Virus record (IMG/VR): IMGVR_UViG_3300031949_000074
Location: 1 to 44,747 of that record
Length of the DNA: 44,747 bases
Source: a virus
Lineage: Duplodnaviria; Caudoviricetes
Direction: 5' to 3' (one strand)
Below the pieces are notes generated by a model. The model was not told the origin of the DNA and did not search any database. It saw only the letters and a list, made by a program, of their open reading frames with translations. The position numbers and the translations under genes are program-made. Positions 26,862 to 35,010 of this stretch are shown in pieces (position 1 is the stretch's first letter; every line of letters starts with the position of its first letter).

Positions 26862-28842
26862 TTTCCCGCGTCCGCCGCTGGAACTGTCCGGCGGGGCCAA
26901 CTACGGTATGAGCATGCACCTAACCGCCGCTGCCGATATGCCGTTGGGCTACGATCCCGACGCCGCCGTGCGCGAGTTGGTGGCAATGAAAATGGGCTGG
27001 GCGAAGGGGCTGAACCTGTGGAACCAGGACGCGGGGCGGCGGCTGCTGGACGCGGGGATTATGCCGGTACACCGGCCCTATCAGGACTATGACGGCGCGG
27101 CGGATTGCTCAGGCGAGAACTGGGAGCGGAGCCACGACCTGGTCTATGCGGGCGTGCTGTATCAGGAGTCGATTTGGAACGAGCCGAACCTCGAAGCGGG
27201 CTGGGGCGGCGATGCGCTATCGTACTATCGCGTGCTCTGGCCGAACTGGCGCGCTTGGGCCGTGAGCATCATCAGCGCGGGCGGCTATCCCGGCACGCCG
27301 GCAGAAGCGCCTGGCGGCAGTTGGGGTTGGAAAGACGGGCTGTGGGCGCTGCTGACGGTTGCTGGGGAGAACGGCGCGCTTGGGCTGTTCGGGCAGGGGG
27401 CCTGGATCGCGGTACATAACTACTGGTCTAATCATCCCACCGACTATCCGTTCGACGCCATCAATCAGGCCGACCATCCCGGCGCGACGCTCGAACAGGA
27501 CAGCTACGCGTTTCTCATGCCCCTGGAGGCGCATCGGGTGCTGGCTACGTTTATCGGCAACGCGGATGACGTGCCGATCATCAGCACCGAGGGCGGGCCA
27601 TATGTCGAGAATCAGGATGACGGGCGCTATCCCATGACGACCCTCGCTAGCTACTCTGACATGGTGCTGGAATGCCGGGAGTATATGGCGCTCGAAGCGC
27701 CCGATTGGTGGCTCTGCACCAACTGGTGGCTGCACCGCTGGGAGAGCGGGTTGGGCTCGCCGTCGTTTATGAAGCACGCCTGGTTCTGGAGCAGCTGGCC
27801 GAACGGGCGCATGCCCATCGTGACGGCGTTGGAAACGCTGCCCGCGCTGGTGCGAGTGGGCGGCACTGTTCCACCGGCGCCTTCCCCCGTTCCTTCCCCC
27901 GTTCCCCCCGTTGTTCCCCCGTTGCCCCCGTTGACAACCCACTGGCGCCTGGTGTCAGCGCGCCGTCTCTCCGGCGCGGAGAACCACGGCAACCACCACA
28001 TCTACTTCACGCCGCCCGACATGCCGATGCTCGTCAAATGGCCGGACGGGGAGGCCGTGGCCGTTGGCAACTTCCCCATGTACCCCGGCAGTTACACCGC
28101 CCAGGTGGCCGACGCGGACAGCGACGTGGCCACGGAACTGCACACCGACATCTGGGAGGACAGCCCTGAGCCGGGCAACAGCTACGGGCATTACAGCTAT
28201 GAAGTCGAGTTCGAGAAAGTGGAGGAGGAACCCATGCCGACGTATACGCGCGAGGAGATCATCGCCATCATCAGCGAGGAGGCCGCCAGGGTGGGTATCG
28301 CGCCCGCACTCGCCCTAGCAATGGCCGAGATGGAATCCGGCCTGAACCCGAACGCGGTGGGAGATGATGGGCACAGCGTGGGACTATACCAACTCCACGA
28401 TCAGGGCATGGGCGCGGGCATGGGCGACAGTCGCTACGACCCGCGCATCAACGCAGTCACGGCGCTGGGAGTGTTGGCGGCGCGGATCGCGGACAGCAGC
28501 GAGGTAGACGCGATCGGACGGCACAACGCCGGTGACGCGGGCTGGGCTGATCCTGAGACACGGGAACTCGTCATGGGCGCCTATGTCATGCCGGTGCTGG
28601 CGTTGAAAGCGCGCTGGGAGACGATATTGAACGCGCTCCCGCCCGACTGGAACGGCATGGACTGGTGGCAGGCGCTGAGCGAACGCGACCGCTGGCTGCG
28701 CTACGTAGCGGTGAACGACGCTAACCGGGAGTTTGAGGACGCGACCGTGCCCGCACTGCGGCAGGAGATTGCCGAGTTGCAGGCCAGGATACGCGCCGCG
28801 AAGGCGACCCTACGGAATCTGATAGCAGCACTGGAGGGGTAA
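26848..28842 (+). CDS. Multi-domain endolysin: GH-A-like TIM barrel, Pro-rich linker, beta domain, SLT lytic transglycosylase
   Basis: WNEPNL, AVHNY and ISTEGG (clan GH-A glutamates); PPAPSPVPSPVPP linker; LALAMAEMESGLNPNAVGD...VGLYQL (SLT); flanked by membrane genes. Confidence 0.78.
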   Translation: MRLSDFPRPPLELSGGANYGMSMHLTAAADMPLGYDPDAAVRELVAMKMGWAKGLNLWNQDAGRRLLDAGIMPVHRPYQDYDGAADCSGENWERSHDLVYAGVLYQESIWNEPNLEAGWGGDALSYYRVLWPNWRAWAVSIISAGGYPGTPAEAPGGSWGWKDGLWALLTVAGENGALGLFGQGAWIAVHNYWSNHPTDYPFDAINQADHPGATLEQDSYAFLMPLEAHRVLATFIGNADDVPIISTEGGPYVENQDDGRYPMTTLASYSDMVLECREYMALEAPDWWLCTNWWLHRWESGLGSPSFMKHAWFWSSWPNGRMPIVTALETLPALVRVGGTVPPAPSPVPSPVPPVVPPLPPLTTHWRLVSARRLSGAENHGNHHIYFTPPDMPMLVKWPDGEAVAVGNFPMYPGSYTAQVADADSDVATELHTDIWEDSPEPGNSYGHYSYEVEFEKVEEEPMPTYTREEIIAIISEEAARVGIAPALALAMAEMESGLNPNAVGDDGHSVGLYQLHDQGMGAGMGDSRYDPRINAVTALGVLAARIADSSEVDAIGRHNAGDAGWADPETRELVMGAYVMPVLALKARWETILNALPPDWNGMDWWQALSERDRWLRYVAVNDANREFEDATVPALRQEIAELQARIRAAKATLRNLIAALEG

Positions 28843-28845
28843 CCG

Positions 28846-29109
28846 ATGGACATCAATCTGACACTAGGCGGCGTGGGGCTAATCGGTTTTCTGGTGGCAC
28901 TCGGGCAGCTCTACAAATCGTGGGGGTTGGAAAGCAAGTGGGTGCCGGTCCCTAACCTGATCGTGGCGCTGGCCGTCGTTTGCGGCGTGCAGTGGAGCCG
29001 GGGCGGCGGCACGCTTGAGGCGTGGATTACCGCCGTGGTGGTGGCCGTGACGCTGGCGCTCGCGGCGTCCGGTTTCTACTCAGAGCAAAAAGCGCTGCGC
29101 ACCACCTAA
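28846..29109 (+). CDS. Holin
   Basis: 87 aa, three hydrophobic segments, KWVPVPNLIV and LAASGFYS motifs; follows the endolysin. Confidence 0.8.
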   Translation: MDINLTLGGVGLIGFLVALGQLYKSWGLESKWVPVPNLIVALAVVCGVQWSRGGGTLEAWITAVVVAVTLALAASGFYSEQKALRTT

Positions 29110-29162
29110 CTACTACCGGCGCGGTCTCTCATGCCGCGGCGTCTCTCCTTCTCCCTCCCCAT

Positions 29163-29197
29163 AGGCCCGGCCCGTCGAACGGCCGGGCTTGTGGTTT
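29163..29197 (+). terminator. Intrinsic terminator at the end of the late operon
   Basis: AGGCCCGGCC...GGCCGGGCTT hairpin followed by TGTGGTTT. Confidence 0.7.
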
Positions 29198-29239
29198 GTA
29201 TGAGTTTTCCAAAACTCGTCGAAAATTCTCTCAAACCCC

Positions 29240-29269
29240 TTGACATGCGCAATGGGTTTATGCTATATT
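29240..29269 (+). promoter_or_regulatory. Sigma70-type promoter of the accessory operon
   Basis: TTGACA (29240-29245), 18 bp, TGc-TATATT (29264-29269) in an AT-rich patch. Confidence 0.75.
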
Positions 29270-29315
29270 ATAGGTGTAGGACAGAGAGCACAGAAACGCG
29301 AGAGGGGACAGAGAG

Positions 29316-29666
29316 ATGAAACTACAGACACACAGCGGCGGGTACTGGATCGATGTACGAGCGGGGACAGAGAATTACTACCTCGATGGAATCCTCGGAC
29401 GCGAGGCATGGGCGACGCGTAAAGGCGACCGCCGGCCGATGACGGAGCGCCAGCAGGTGCTCGACTACCTGGCAGGCGGGAAGGCGCTCAAGTACGACGA
29501 TAGTTGGGACGCGGAGCTTCGCGACGCGGACGCCGTGATCTCGCCGGCGCCGCGTCCGGCTGAGGAGCTAGTACGCTGTGACTGCGGCCACAGCGTACCG
29601 CGAGCGTTGGTAATGAGCGCGAGCTTGGGCAGCAGTTGCCCTGATTGTTATGACAATTGGAGCTAG
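29316..29666 (+). CDS. Hypothetical protein with C-terminal CxC...CxxC motif
   Basis: RBS GAGGGG; RCDCGH...SCPDCY. Confidence 0.7.
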   Translation: MKLQTHSGGYWIDVRAGTENYYLDGILGREAWATRKGDRRPMTERQQVLDYLAGGKALKYDDSWDAELRDADAVISPAPRPAEELVRCDCGHSVPRALVMSASLGSSCPDCYDNWS

Positions 29667-29718
29667 ACGCATCACGGCCCCGGCCAACACCGGGGCCATC
29701 CCATATGAGGAGGAGGGT

Positions 29719-30429
29719 ATGCGCGGGCCAAAACGCGACGAGGGGCGATACCAACGAGTATCGCGGATGTACCTAGACGGGGCCACTTATGCCGCGATAG
29801 CGCAGAGTGAGGGGATATCGCGGCAACGCATCCAGGAGATACTACGGCCCCCCGTGGGCGTCCGCATGGCTATCAGCGGGCGCTATGATGGGCGGTGCGC
29901 TGACTGCGGGATTGCTGTAACTGGTCGGCAGGCGCACATACACCACCGCACGCTAACCGAGTCGGCAGAGGCGTGGAATGATATTGATAATCTCATGCTG
30001 CTATGCCAGTCCTGCCACCGGCGCAGGCATGGCGCTGACGAGGGGGTTGCCAGGCGGGAGCAGGCGGAGCAGCACGCGATAGACGGCACCTATGCATCCG
30101 TTACCGAGCAGACGCAGAACATGGTGACCGATGCGATCACCGATCTAGGGTGGGGCGGGAGCCCCACCCTCGCGCGTCACGTCCTGACGCGGCTGGCGTT
30201 CCAGGCGTTTCAGCACGGACAGCATGTCGCACTGCTGGGGCTGATGGACTCCCGGCAGGCAGCAGCGGAGCTGGGCATATCTGTACGGCGGGTGCAGGCG
30301 CTGGCAAAGGCGCGCAATCTGGGCTGGCGCACCACCAACGGGCGAGACGTTATATTCCGCCCTGAGGATGTGGAGAACATGCGCACGCGGGTAGCGGGTA
30401 GGCCGCCGCGAGGACACAACGATGGCTAA
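29719..30429 (+). CDS. HTH - HNH endonuclease - HTH fusion protein
   Basis: TYAAIAQSEGISRQRIQEIL; CADC...HIHH...NDIDNLMLLCQSCHRRRH; DSRQAAAELGISVRRVQALA; RBS GAGGAGG before ATG 29719. Confidence 0.8.
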   Translation: MRGPKRDEGRYQRVSRMYLDGATYAAIAQSEGISRQRIQEILRPPVGVRMAISGRYDGRCADCGIAVTGRQAHIHHRTLTESAEAWNDIDNLMLLCQSCHRRRHGADEGVARREQAEQHAIDGTYASVTEQTQNMVTDAITDLGWGGSPTLARHVLTRLAFQAFQHGQHVALLGLMDSRQAAAELGISVRRVQALAKARNLGWRTTNGRDVIFRPEDVENMRTRVAGRPPRGHNDG

Positions 30430-30700
30430 CCCCGCGCTCCCCCGGGCGGCGCGTCTGGCCCTGCTCGTACTGCTCGAACGCGACGGGTTCAATCCCTACC
30501 GGCGCACTCGTGAACTGGCCGACCTGTTCGGCGTGCATGTGCGCAGCATCCAACGCGATGTGCGTGAGTCGCGAGCGGTCGTGCGGGAGTTGGAACGGCT
30601 GGAGGCGCTGTGGCGGGAGGTGGTACAGGACGGCGGCAAGGGGCGGATGTGCTATGATGGAGCCGCAGACAGGACAAACGGTAAGTCACCAGGCTCATAA
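30422..30700 (+). CDS. Small HTH DNA-binding protein
   Basis: RTRELADLFGVHVRSIQRDVRE. Confidence 0.7.
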   Translation: MANPALPRAARLALLVLLERDGFNPYRRTRELADLFGVHVRSIQRDVRESRAVVRELERLEALWREVVQDGGKGRMCYDGAADRTNGKSPGS

Positions 30701-30734
30701 CCTGGGGGACGGGGTTCGACTCCCCGGTCTGCTA
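30664..30734 (+). tRNA. tRNA-Met(CAT), initiator-like, no encoded CCA
   Basis: Cloverleaf: GCAGAC/GTCTGC acceptor with C1:T72 mismatch, GAC/GTC D stem, CCAGG-CTCATAA-CCTGG, CGGGG-TTCGACT-CCCCG. Confidence 0.8.
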
Positions 30735-30767
30735 CCGCCTATCCGCCACGTGCGGAAAAGGCATACG

Positions 30768-30793
30768 AAGCCGCCTCTCACGGGGCGGCTTTT
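30768..30793 (+). terminator. Intrinsic terminator after the tRNA
   Basis: AAGCCGCCTC-TCAC-GGGGCGGCTTTT. Confidence 0.8.
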
Positions 30794-30826
30794 GTCACTT
30801 ACGGAGACTAGCGGAGTTTTCTCCGC

Positions 30827-30876
30827 GGGTAGTCACTTGGGAACGGTATGTTCATGCTATTCTCAAACGACTACCC
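30827..30876. other. Putative attP of the large serine integrase
   Basis: 24-bp imperfect inverted arms (18/24 match) around central TT (30851-30852), overlapping the integrase stop codon. Confidence 0.75.
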
Positions 30877-32367
30877 ATGTGGCCTGGCCAGGGCCGCGAG
30901 CTCCGGCGAGCGCCATTGTATCGCATACAGGCCCTTGCCGTGTACCAACACACGGCCGGCCAGCGCGGCAAGCAGCCGCCGCTCCCGCACTATGTCGGCG
31001 CCCTGGCTCACCGCGGCGAACTCGCCCAGCGCCTCGAGCGCGCCTTCGAGCGGGTAGTCGGGCGACGCCCCGCCGATGGCCTCCAGCTCGACTTGCAGCT
31101 CGCCGAGCCGCGCGTCTATCGCGGCCTTCTCTTCGTCGAATTCCTCGCCGACGATCCGCCCCGACAGCAGCGCTTCCCGTAGTCGTTTGGCACGCTGCCG
31201 TTGCCGGGCGATGGCCTGCTCGATGGCTGGGCGGCGGTCGCGCAGGCCGGCGAAGGTGGCACGGCGGCGGATCTCCCGGCGCAGCAGTTCCGCCGTCTGC
31301 TCGGAGACGAGGCCGGCCAGACGCAGCAGTTCCGCCCGCACGGGCTCATCCAGAAAGTGGCTGCGCTGGGCGGGCAGGTCGCAGGCGTAGCCGTTCTGGC
31401 GGCGTTGGCAGGTGTAGCTGATGGTGTACGCGCTGCCACGGCGGCTCTTAGTCCAGATGCCCGCCACGCGCGACCCGCAGCGCCCGCAGTAGGCTATGTC
31501 CACGAGCAGGGCCGGGTTGTCCGCGTGGGTGCGCGCGCGGGCGTGGCGCCGCTCGTCAAGGGCGCGCTGGGCCGCCTCCCACAGCTCCGGCGGGACGGGC
31601 GGCTCGATCAGTTGCACCTCCACCCACTCCTCTGGCGGTTTCTCGGCGTGGACCCGCTCGGGTAGGCGGCTGTAACAGCGCCGGTTATAGCGGTAGACGC
31701 CCTTGTAGAGCGGGCAGCGCAGGATTTCCCAGACGGTGCGCGGGCCGGAATAACGGAACCCGATGCTCTCCAACCACCGGCCGATGCGCTTGACGCCCCA
31801 GCCGGCGGCGCAGCGCTCGAACATCTCGCGAACGGGATCCATGTCGGCGTTGGGGACGGGGAGCCGGATCGGCTTGGCGCGCTTGGGCGGCTGGTTGGGA
31901 ATGGGCGTCAGGTCGAACCCCACGCGTGCGCCACTCAGATAGCGTCCCTGTGCGGCCATCTCACACAGTACATCGGTAGTCCGTTTGCTGTTCTCGCGCA
32001 CCTCGCGGTGGCCAAGCACGCCCATGAGGTCGCGGACGAATGGATCGTCGCCCTCGACGACGCTCACGACCTGGACGTTCAACCGGCCGAGGTCGCGGAG
32101 CGTGGCGAAATACTCGGGGTTGTCGCGCCCCAGCCGGTTAAACCACTTGACCACCACGCCCTCGATGCGGCCGAGTTTGGCGTCGCGGAGCATCTCCTGA
32201 TAGGCCGGGCGGGCGGCGAGCAGCCCGGAGAGGATATCGGAATAGAACCGAACGACGGTGTGGCCATGCCGCTCCGCCCAGTCGCGGATGTCGCGCTCCT
32301 GACGGGCCGGAGAGTACGAGTCCTCCGTTTCGTCTCGGCTCAATCGGACGTAGGCGCCGAGGTTCAT
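30871..32367 (-). CDS. Large serine recombinase (integrase)
   Basis: YVRLSRD (catalytic Ser), SPARQ, SG...RPAYQEML, NRLGRD; recombinase domain, CGRCG...YTC...C zinc ribbon, coiled coil. Confidence 0.95.
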   Translation of the reverse strand: MNLGAYVRLSRDETEDSYSPARQERDIRDWAERHGHTVVRFYSDILSGLLAARPAYQEMLRDAKLGRIEGVVVKWFNRLGRDNPEYFATLRDLGRLNVQVVSVVEGDDPFVRDLMGVLGHREVRENSKRTTDVLCEMAAQGRYLSGARVGFDLTPIPNQPPKRAKPIRLPVPNADMDPVREMFERCAAGWGVKRIGRWLESIGFRYSGPRTVWEILRCPLYKGVYRYNRRCYSRLPERVHAEKPPEEWVEVQLIEPPVPPELWEAAQRALDERRHARARTHADNPALLVDIAYCGRCGSRVAGIWTKSRRGSAYTISYTCQRRQNGYACDLPAQRSHFLDEPVRAELLRLAGLVSEQTAELLRREIRRRATFAGLRDRRPAIEQAIARQRQRAKRLREALLSGRIVGEEFDEEKAAIDARLGELQVELEAIGGASPDYPLEGALEALGEFAAVSQGADIVRERRLLAALAGRVLVHGKGLYAIQWRSPELAALARPHG

Positions 32368-32392
32368 GGGATAGGTGGCGGCGGCATGGGGC

Positions 32393-32803
32393 TCATAGTC
32401 CCAACTCCCCCAGGCGCACCCGCATGGCTGTTGCGCTCACCTTAAACCGTTCGGCCAGGCCGCGCAGCGTGCGATAGTAGCGCAGCTCCGCGCGCACCCA
32501 CTCGGCAGGCATGAGCAGCGCGGCGGCCAAAGCGTTGGCGGCGCGCTCATCCGACATGCCCCCGCCGATATGATGAGCGAGTTCGTGGGCGGCGCTGAAG
32601 CGCCGGCGCTCCCATGGGTCGGCTTCGCGGACGAGGATGTGCAGCTCGTCGCCACACCAGAATGAGCAGGCGGGGGTGCTGAGCGCCTTCGTGCCCAGAC
32701 GCACCGGCATGGGACAGGCGCGCACCAGCGGGCGTAGCAGCACCGGCGGCGCGGCGATCCGGGCGGATTGGAGGAGGAGGGAGGCGGTAGCGGCGGGGGT
32801 CAT
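32393..32803 (-). CDS. ImmA/IrrE family metallopeptidase (anti-repressor)
   Basis: RRRFSAAHELAHH (HExxH), ERAANALAAALLMP, LAERFKVSATAMRVRL. Confidence 0.9.
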   Translation of the reverse strand: MTPAATASLLLQSARIAAPPVLLRPLVRACPMPVRLGTKALSTPACSFWCGDELHILVREADPWERRRFSAAHELAHHIGGGMSDERAANALAAALLMPAEWVRAELRYYRTLRGLAERFKVSATAMRVRLGELGL

Positions 32804-33291
32804 TCGCAGGCGCACCCGGGCGGCTTCGTGCAGTTGTAGGACTTGCTGATGCAGCTATCCCCACACGGCTTGGAGTTAGGGGCGCAGTATTTGCAGCAAG
32901 TAGAGGGCGCTGGCGCGGCGGGCACGGGCGTTGCCGTCGGCACCATCGCCTTCGTTGCCGTGGGCGTGGTGGCGCTCGTTCCGGTGGGTTGCGCCACCAC
33001 GGGCGCTTGCGTCGAGGCCGTTGTGGGCGGTGGCGCCGGCACTGTTGGGGGCGTGGTGGACGTGGCCGCCGGCTTGGGCGTGCTGGTGACCGTGGGCGCT
33101 TTGGTGGGCGTGGCGGTTGCCGGCGGCGGAACGGTGGCCGTGGCGACCGCGATGGTCGCCGTTGCCGGCGCGCTGGTGACGGCCACGGCGGGCGCGGGGC
33201 GTGGCGTGTCGGTGGGCCGCACAGATGCTTTGGCGGGGCCGCAGCCGGCCAGCATGACGGCGATCAACGTAATGAGCACCAGGCGTCTCAC
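32800..33291 (-). CDS. Lipoprotein with Pro/Thr/Ala stalk and 8-Cys C-terminal domain
   Basis: Signal RRLVLITLIAVMLAG-C; long PTA-rich linker; CCKYC...CGDSCISKSYNC...GCAC; GTG overlaps the repressor stop. Confidence 0.8.
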   Translation of the reverse strand: MRRLVLITLIAVMLAGCGPAKASVRPTDTPRPAPAVAVTSAPATATIAVATATVPPPATATPTKAPTVTSTPKPAATSTTPPTVPAPPPTTASTQAPVVAQPTGTSATTPTATKAMVPTATPVPAAPAPSTCCKYCAPNSKPCGDSCISKSYNCTKPPGCACE

Positions 33292-33689
33292 TCGCTCCGC
33301 TCCTTCTCTCTCTGTCCGCGCCGCGCCTTCTCCGCTTTCTCTCGTTGCCACTTGGCGAGGTACTCCGCGATCACCGCGAGATCGTGGTCGGTCGGGGGGA
33401 TGCCGTCGCGGTTCTTGATATCGAGGTACTCTTCCAGGTCGAGGTGGTAGGCGGGCGCGGGGCGGCGTTCCATGTCCGCCAGGTCCTCGGGCCGCACTCC
33501 CAGCGCTTCGGAGAGGGCCTGCCATGTGCGGGCATGGACGCCGACGCGCTTGCTAGTCTCAATGCGGGAGATGACGGACTTGCTAACCCCCGACCGCTCC
33601 TCCAACTGCCCCATTGTCCAGCCCTTCGCGGTCCGGTAGAACCGAAGGCGTTCGCCACTTATCGAGGGCAAATCCGTGTGTTGCTCCAT
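33288..33689 (-). CDS. XRE-family HTH immunity repressor
   Basis: GERLRFYRTAKGWTMGQLEERSGVSKSVISRIET; divergent from a Cro-like gene. Confidence 0.9.
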   Translation of the reverse strand: MEQHTDLPSISGERLRFYRTAKGWTMGQLEERSGVSKSVISRIETSKRVGVHARTWQALSEALGVRPEDLADMERRPAPAYHLDLEEYLDIKNRDGIPPTDHDLAVIAEYLAKWQREKAEKARRGQREKERSE

Positions 33690-33792
33690 GTCAACAATTG
33701 TATGGCGTATGTGCCGAAATAGGGAAAAATTGCATAGAATATCCGTTGACAAACCGCAACGCTGGGTATATACTCGTTCGTGTAGGGCAACA
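33679..33792. promoter_or_regulatory. Genetic switch: divergent promoters with three GTTG-N8-CAAC operators
   Basis: Rightward TTGACA(33746)-17-TATACT(33769); leftward TACAAT (33702-33697); operators at 33679-33696, 33744-33761, 33775-33792. Confidence 0.8.
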
Positions 33793-33810
33793 GGGCGTCT
33801 GGAGGTGAGC

Positions 33811-34089
33811 ATGGGCTTCATAGAGAAATTGCGGGAACGGCAGGCGAGGCAGGATATGACCCTGCGCGAATTCGCGACGTGGTTAGACGCGGAAGGCGTG
33901 GACGCGAGTTACCTATCCCGACTGTATCGAGGCGAGCGGGGAGTGACTAACAATCTCGTGCTGGCAATCATGGACAAGGCCCCCGACTTGTCGGGCGACC
34001 TGTTCTCCTTTTTGCGTTCTGAGTTGCCAAAACGGGACGTCGCGGCGGCGGATGCGAGAACGGCAACGCCGAAGGAGGGCGCGGCGTGA
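33811..34089 (+). CDS. Cro-like HTH regulator
   Basis: MTLREFATWL...GVDASYLSRLYRGER; RBS GGAGGTG; first gene after the consensus promoter. Confidence 0.85.
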   Translation: MGFIEKLRERQARQDMTLREFATWLDAEGVDASYLSRLYRGERGVTNNLVLAIMDKAPDLSGDLFSFLRSELPKRDVAAADARTATPKEGAA

Positions 34090-34511
34090 TGGCTATATCG
34101 GACGCCACCACGCTCCGGCGGTACGGCGCCAGCGAACAGCGGAGCGAGGACTTCGTTGTCGTGCACACAGAGGACTACGGCATTTACCGGCAGTTGCGCG
34201 AGTGGCAGACGTGTCAGTCAGTGGTGCAGTACGAGCAATGGCAGTCAGCGCGGGTAGCCACGACCAACCCTCTGGGCCGTGTGGTGGTTGGTTTCGACCT
34301 CTACTTTCCGGCCAACCAAGAGGACACGCTGCGCAAAGTGCTTGGGCTAACGACGCGCCGCAAAGGGATTCCGCGCGGCAGATCATTCGTCTCACAAGAC
34401 CCCCTCACACGCGCTAATAACTGTGTAAACCGGGGGTCAGGGCACGCGATTTTGAGGCAAGTGGCACTAGATGACCTTGGGGCAGTTTCGGCCCCCAGAA
34501 AGGCCGTCTGA
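34086..34511 (+). CDS. Hypothetical protein
   Basis: Coupled to the Cro-like gene with RBS AAGGAGG. Confidence 0.65.
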   Translation: MMAISDATTLRRYGASEQRSEDFVVVHTEDYGIYRQLREWQTCQSVVQYEQWQSARVATTNPLGRVVVGFDLYFPANQEDTLRKVLGLTTRRKGIPRGRSFVSQDPLTRANNCVNRGSGHAILRQVALDDLGAVSAPRKAV

Positions 34512-34633
34512 TGCCCGCGATCATCCACCCGCCGAAGCCGCCGACAATGAGTAACGGGCGCTATGCGTGGTGCGGGCGATGATCGGTTTGGCGGTCAAAC
34601 GAATGAGACGGGAAGAGAGAGGAGGTGAGGGCG

Positions 34634-34840
34634 ATGACAGGCAAGGTAATCCCCTTTCGGCCCAACGGCGACCCCGGGCCGGAGCCCACCAGGATGAGAC
34701 CCCTGGCCGCATATGAGGCGCAGGAACTTTCAGAGGATGTGACGGCGGGGATGGTGGAGGCAATGGAGCAGATGCAGACGGCGCTGGAGCGGTTCAAGGT
34801 GCTGAAGGCGCGGCACTGGCGGATCAGGGGCGCGGCGTGA
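34634..34840 (+). CDS. Hypothetical protein
   Basis: RBS GGAGGTGAGG; KVIPFRP N-terminus. Confidence 0.6.
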   Translation: MTGKVIPFRPNGDPGPEPTRMRPLAAYEAQELSEDVTAGMVEAMEQMQTALERFKVLKARHWRIRGAA

Positions 34841-35010
34841 TGGACGGCGAGACGGTGCTCGGGCTCAGCCCCGAGGAGACGGCGAACCTGATCCGGGTGA
34901 TGGCGGACATGTGCGAGGACTACGCACGGAGAGGAGCTACCAATGGGAGCACGGACACGGCACAGAGCGCTGCCAGGGTTCACGGGGGAGGAGTTCATGC
35001 GACCGCGTAG
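34840..35010 (+). CDS. Small hypothetical protein (MDGETVLGLSPEETANLIR...)
   Basis: TGATG coupling with the upstream gene; read by hand, below the ORF-track cutoff. Confidence 0.45.
   Translation: MDGETVLGLSPEETANLIRVMADMCEDYARRGATNGSTDTAQSAARVHGGGVHATA

Noticed and set aside
30664-30736. tRNA as the attP core
   Set aside because: The integrase is a serine recombinase, a better symmetric attP lies at 30827-30876, and the tRNA is full length rather than a 3' fragment.
30841-30853. GAAC-GGTAT-GTTC as a LexA box
   Set aside because: Spacer is 5 nt, not the 4 nt of the Gram-positive-type box, and it sits inside the attP.
30510-31421. 303-aa plus-strand ORF
   Set aside because: Runs through the tRNA, terminator, attP and antisense integrase; low-complexity Arg/Pro/Ala content.
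33292-33525. Upstream extension of the 32800-33525 ORF
   Set aside because: Overlaps the repressor in another frame; the signal peptide and GTGA coupling place the start at 33291.
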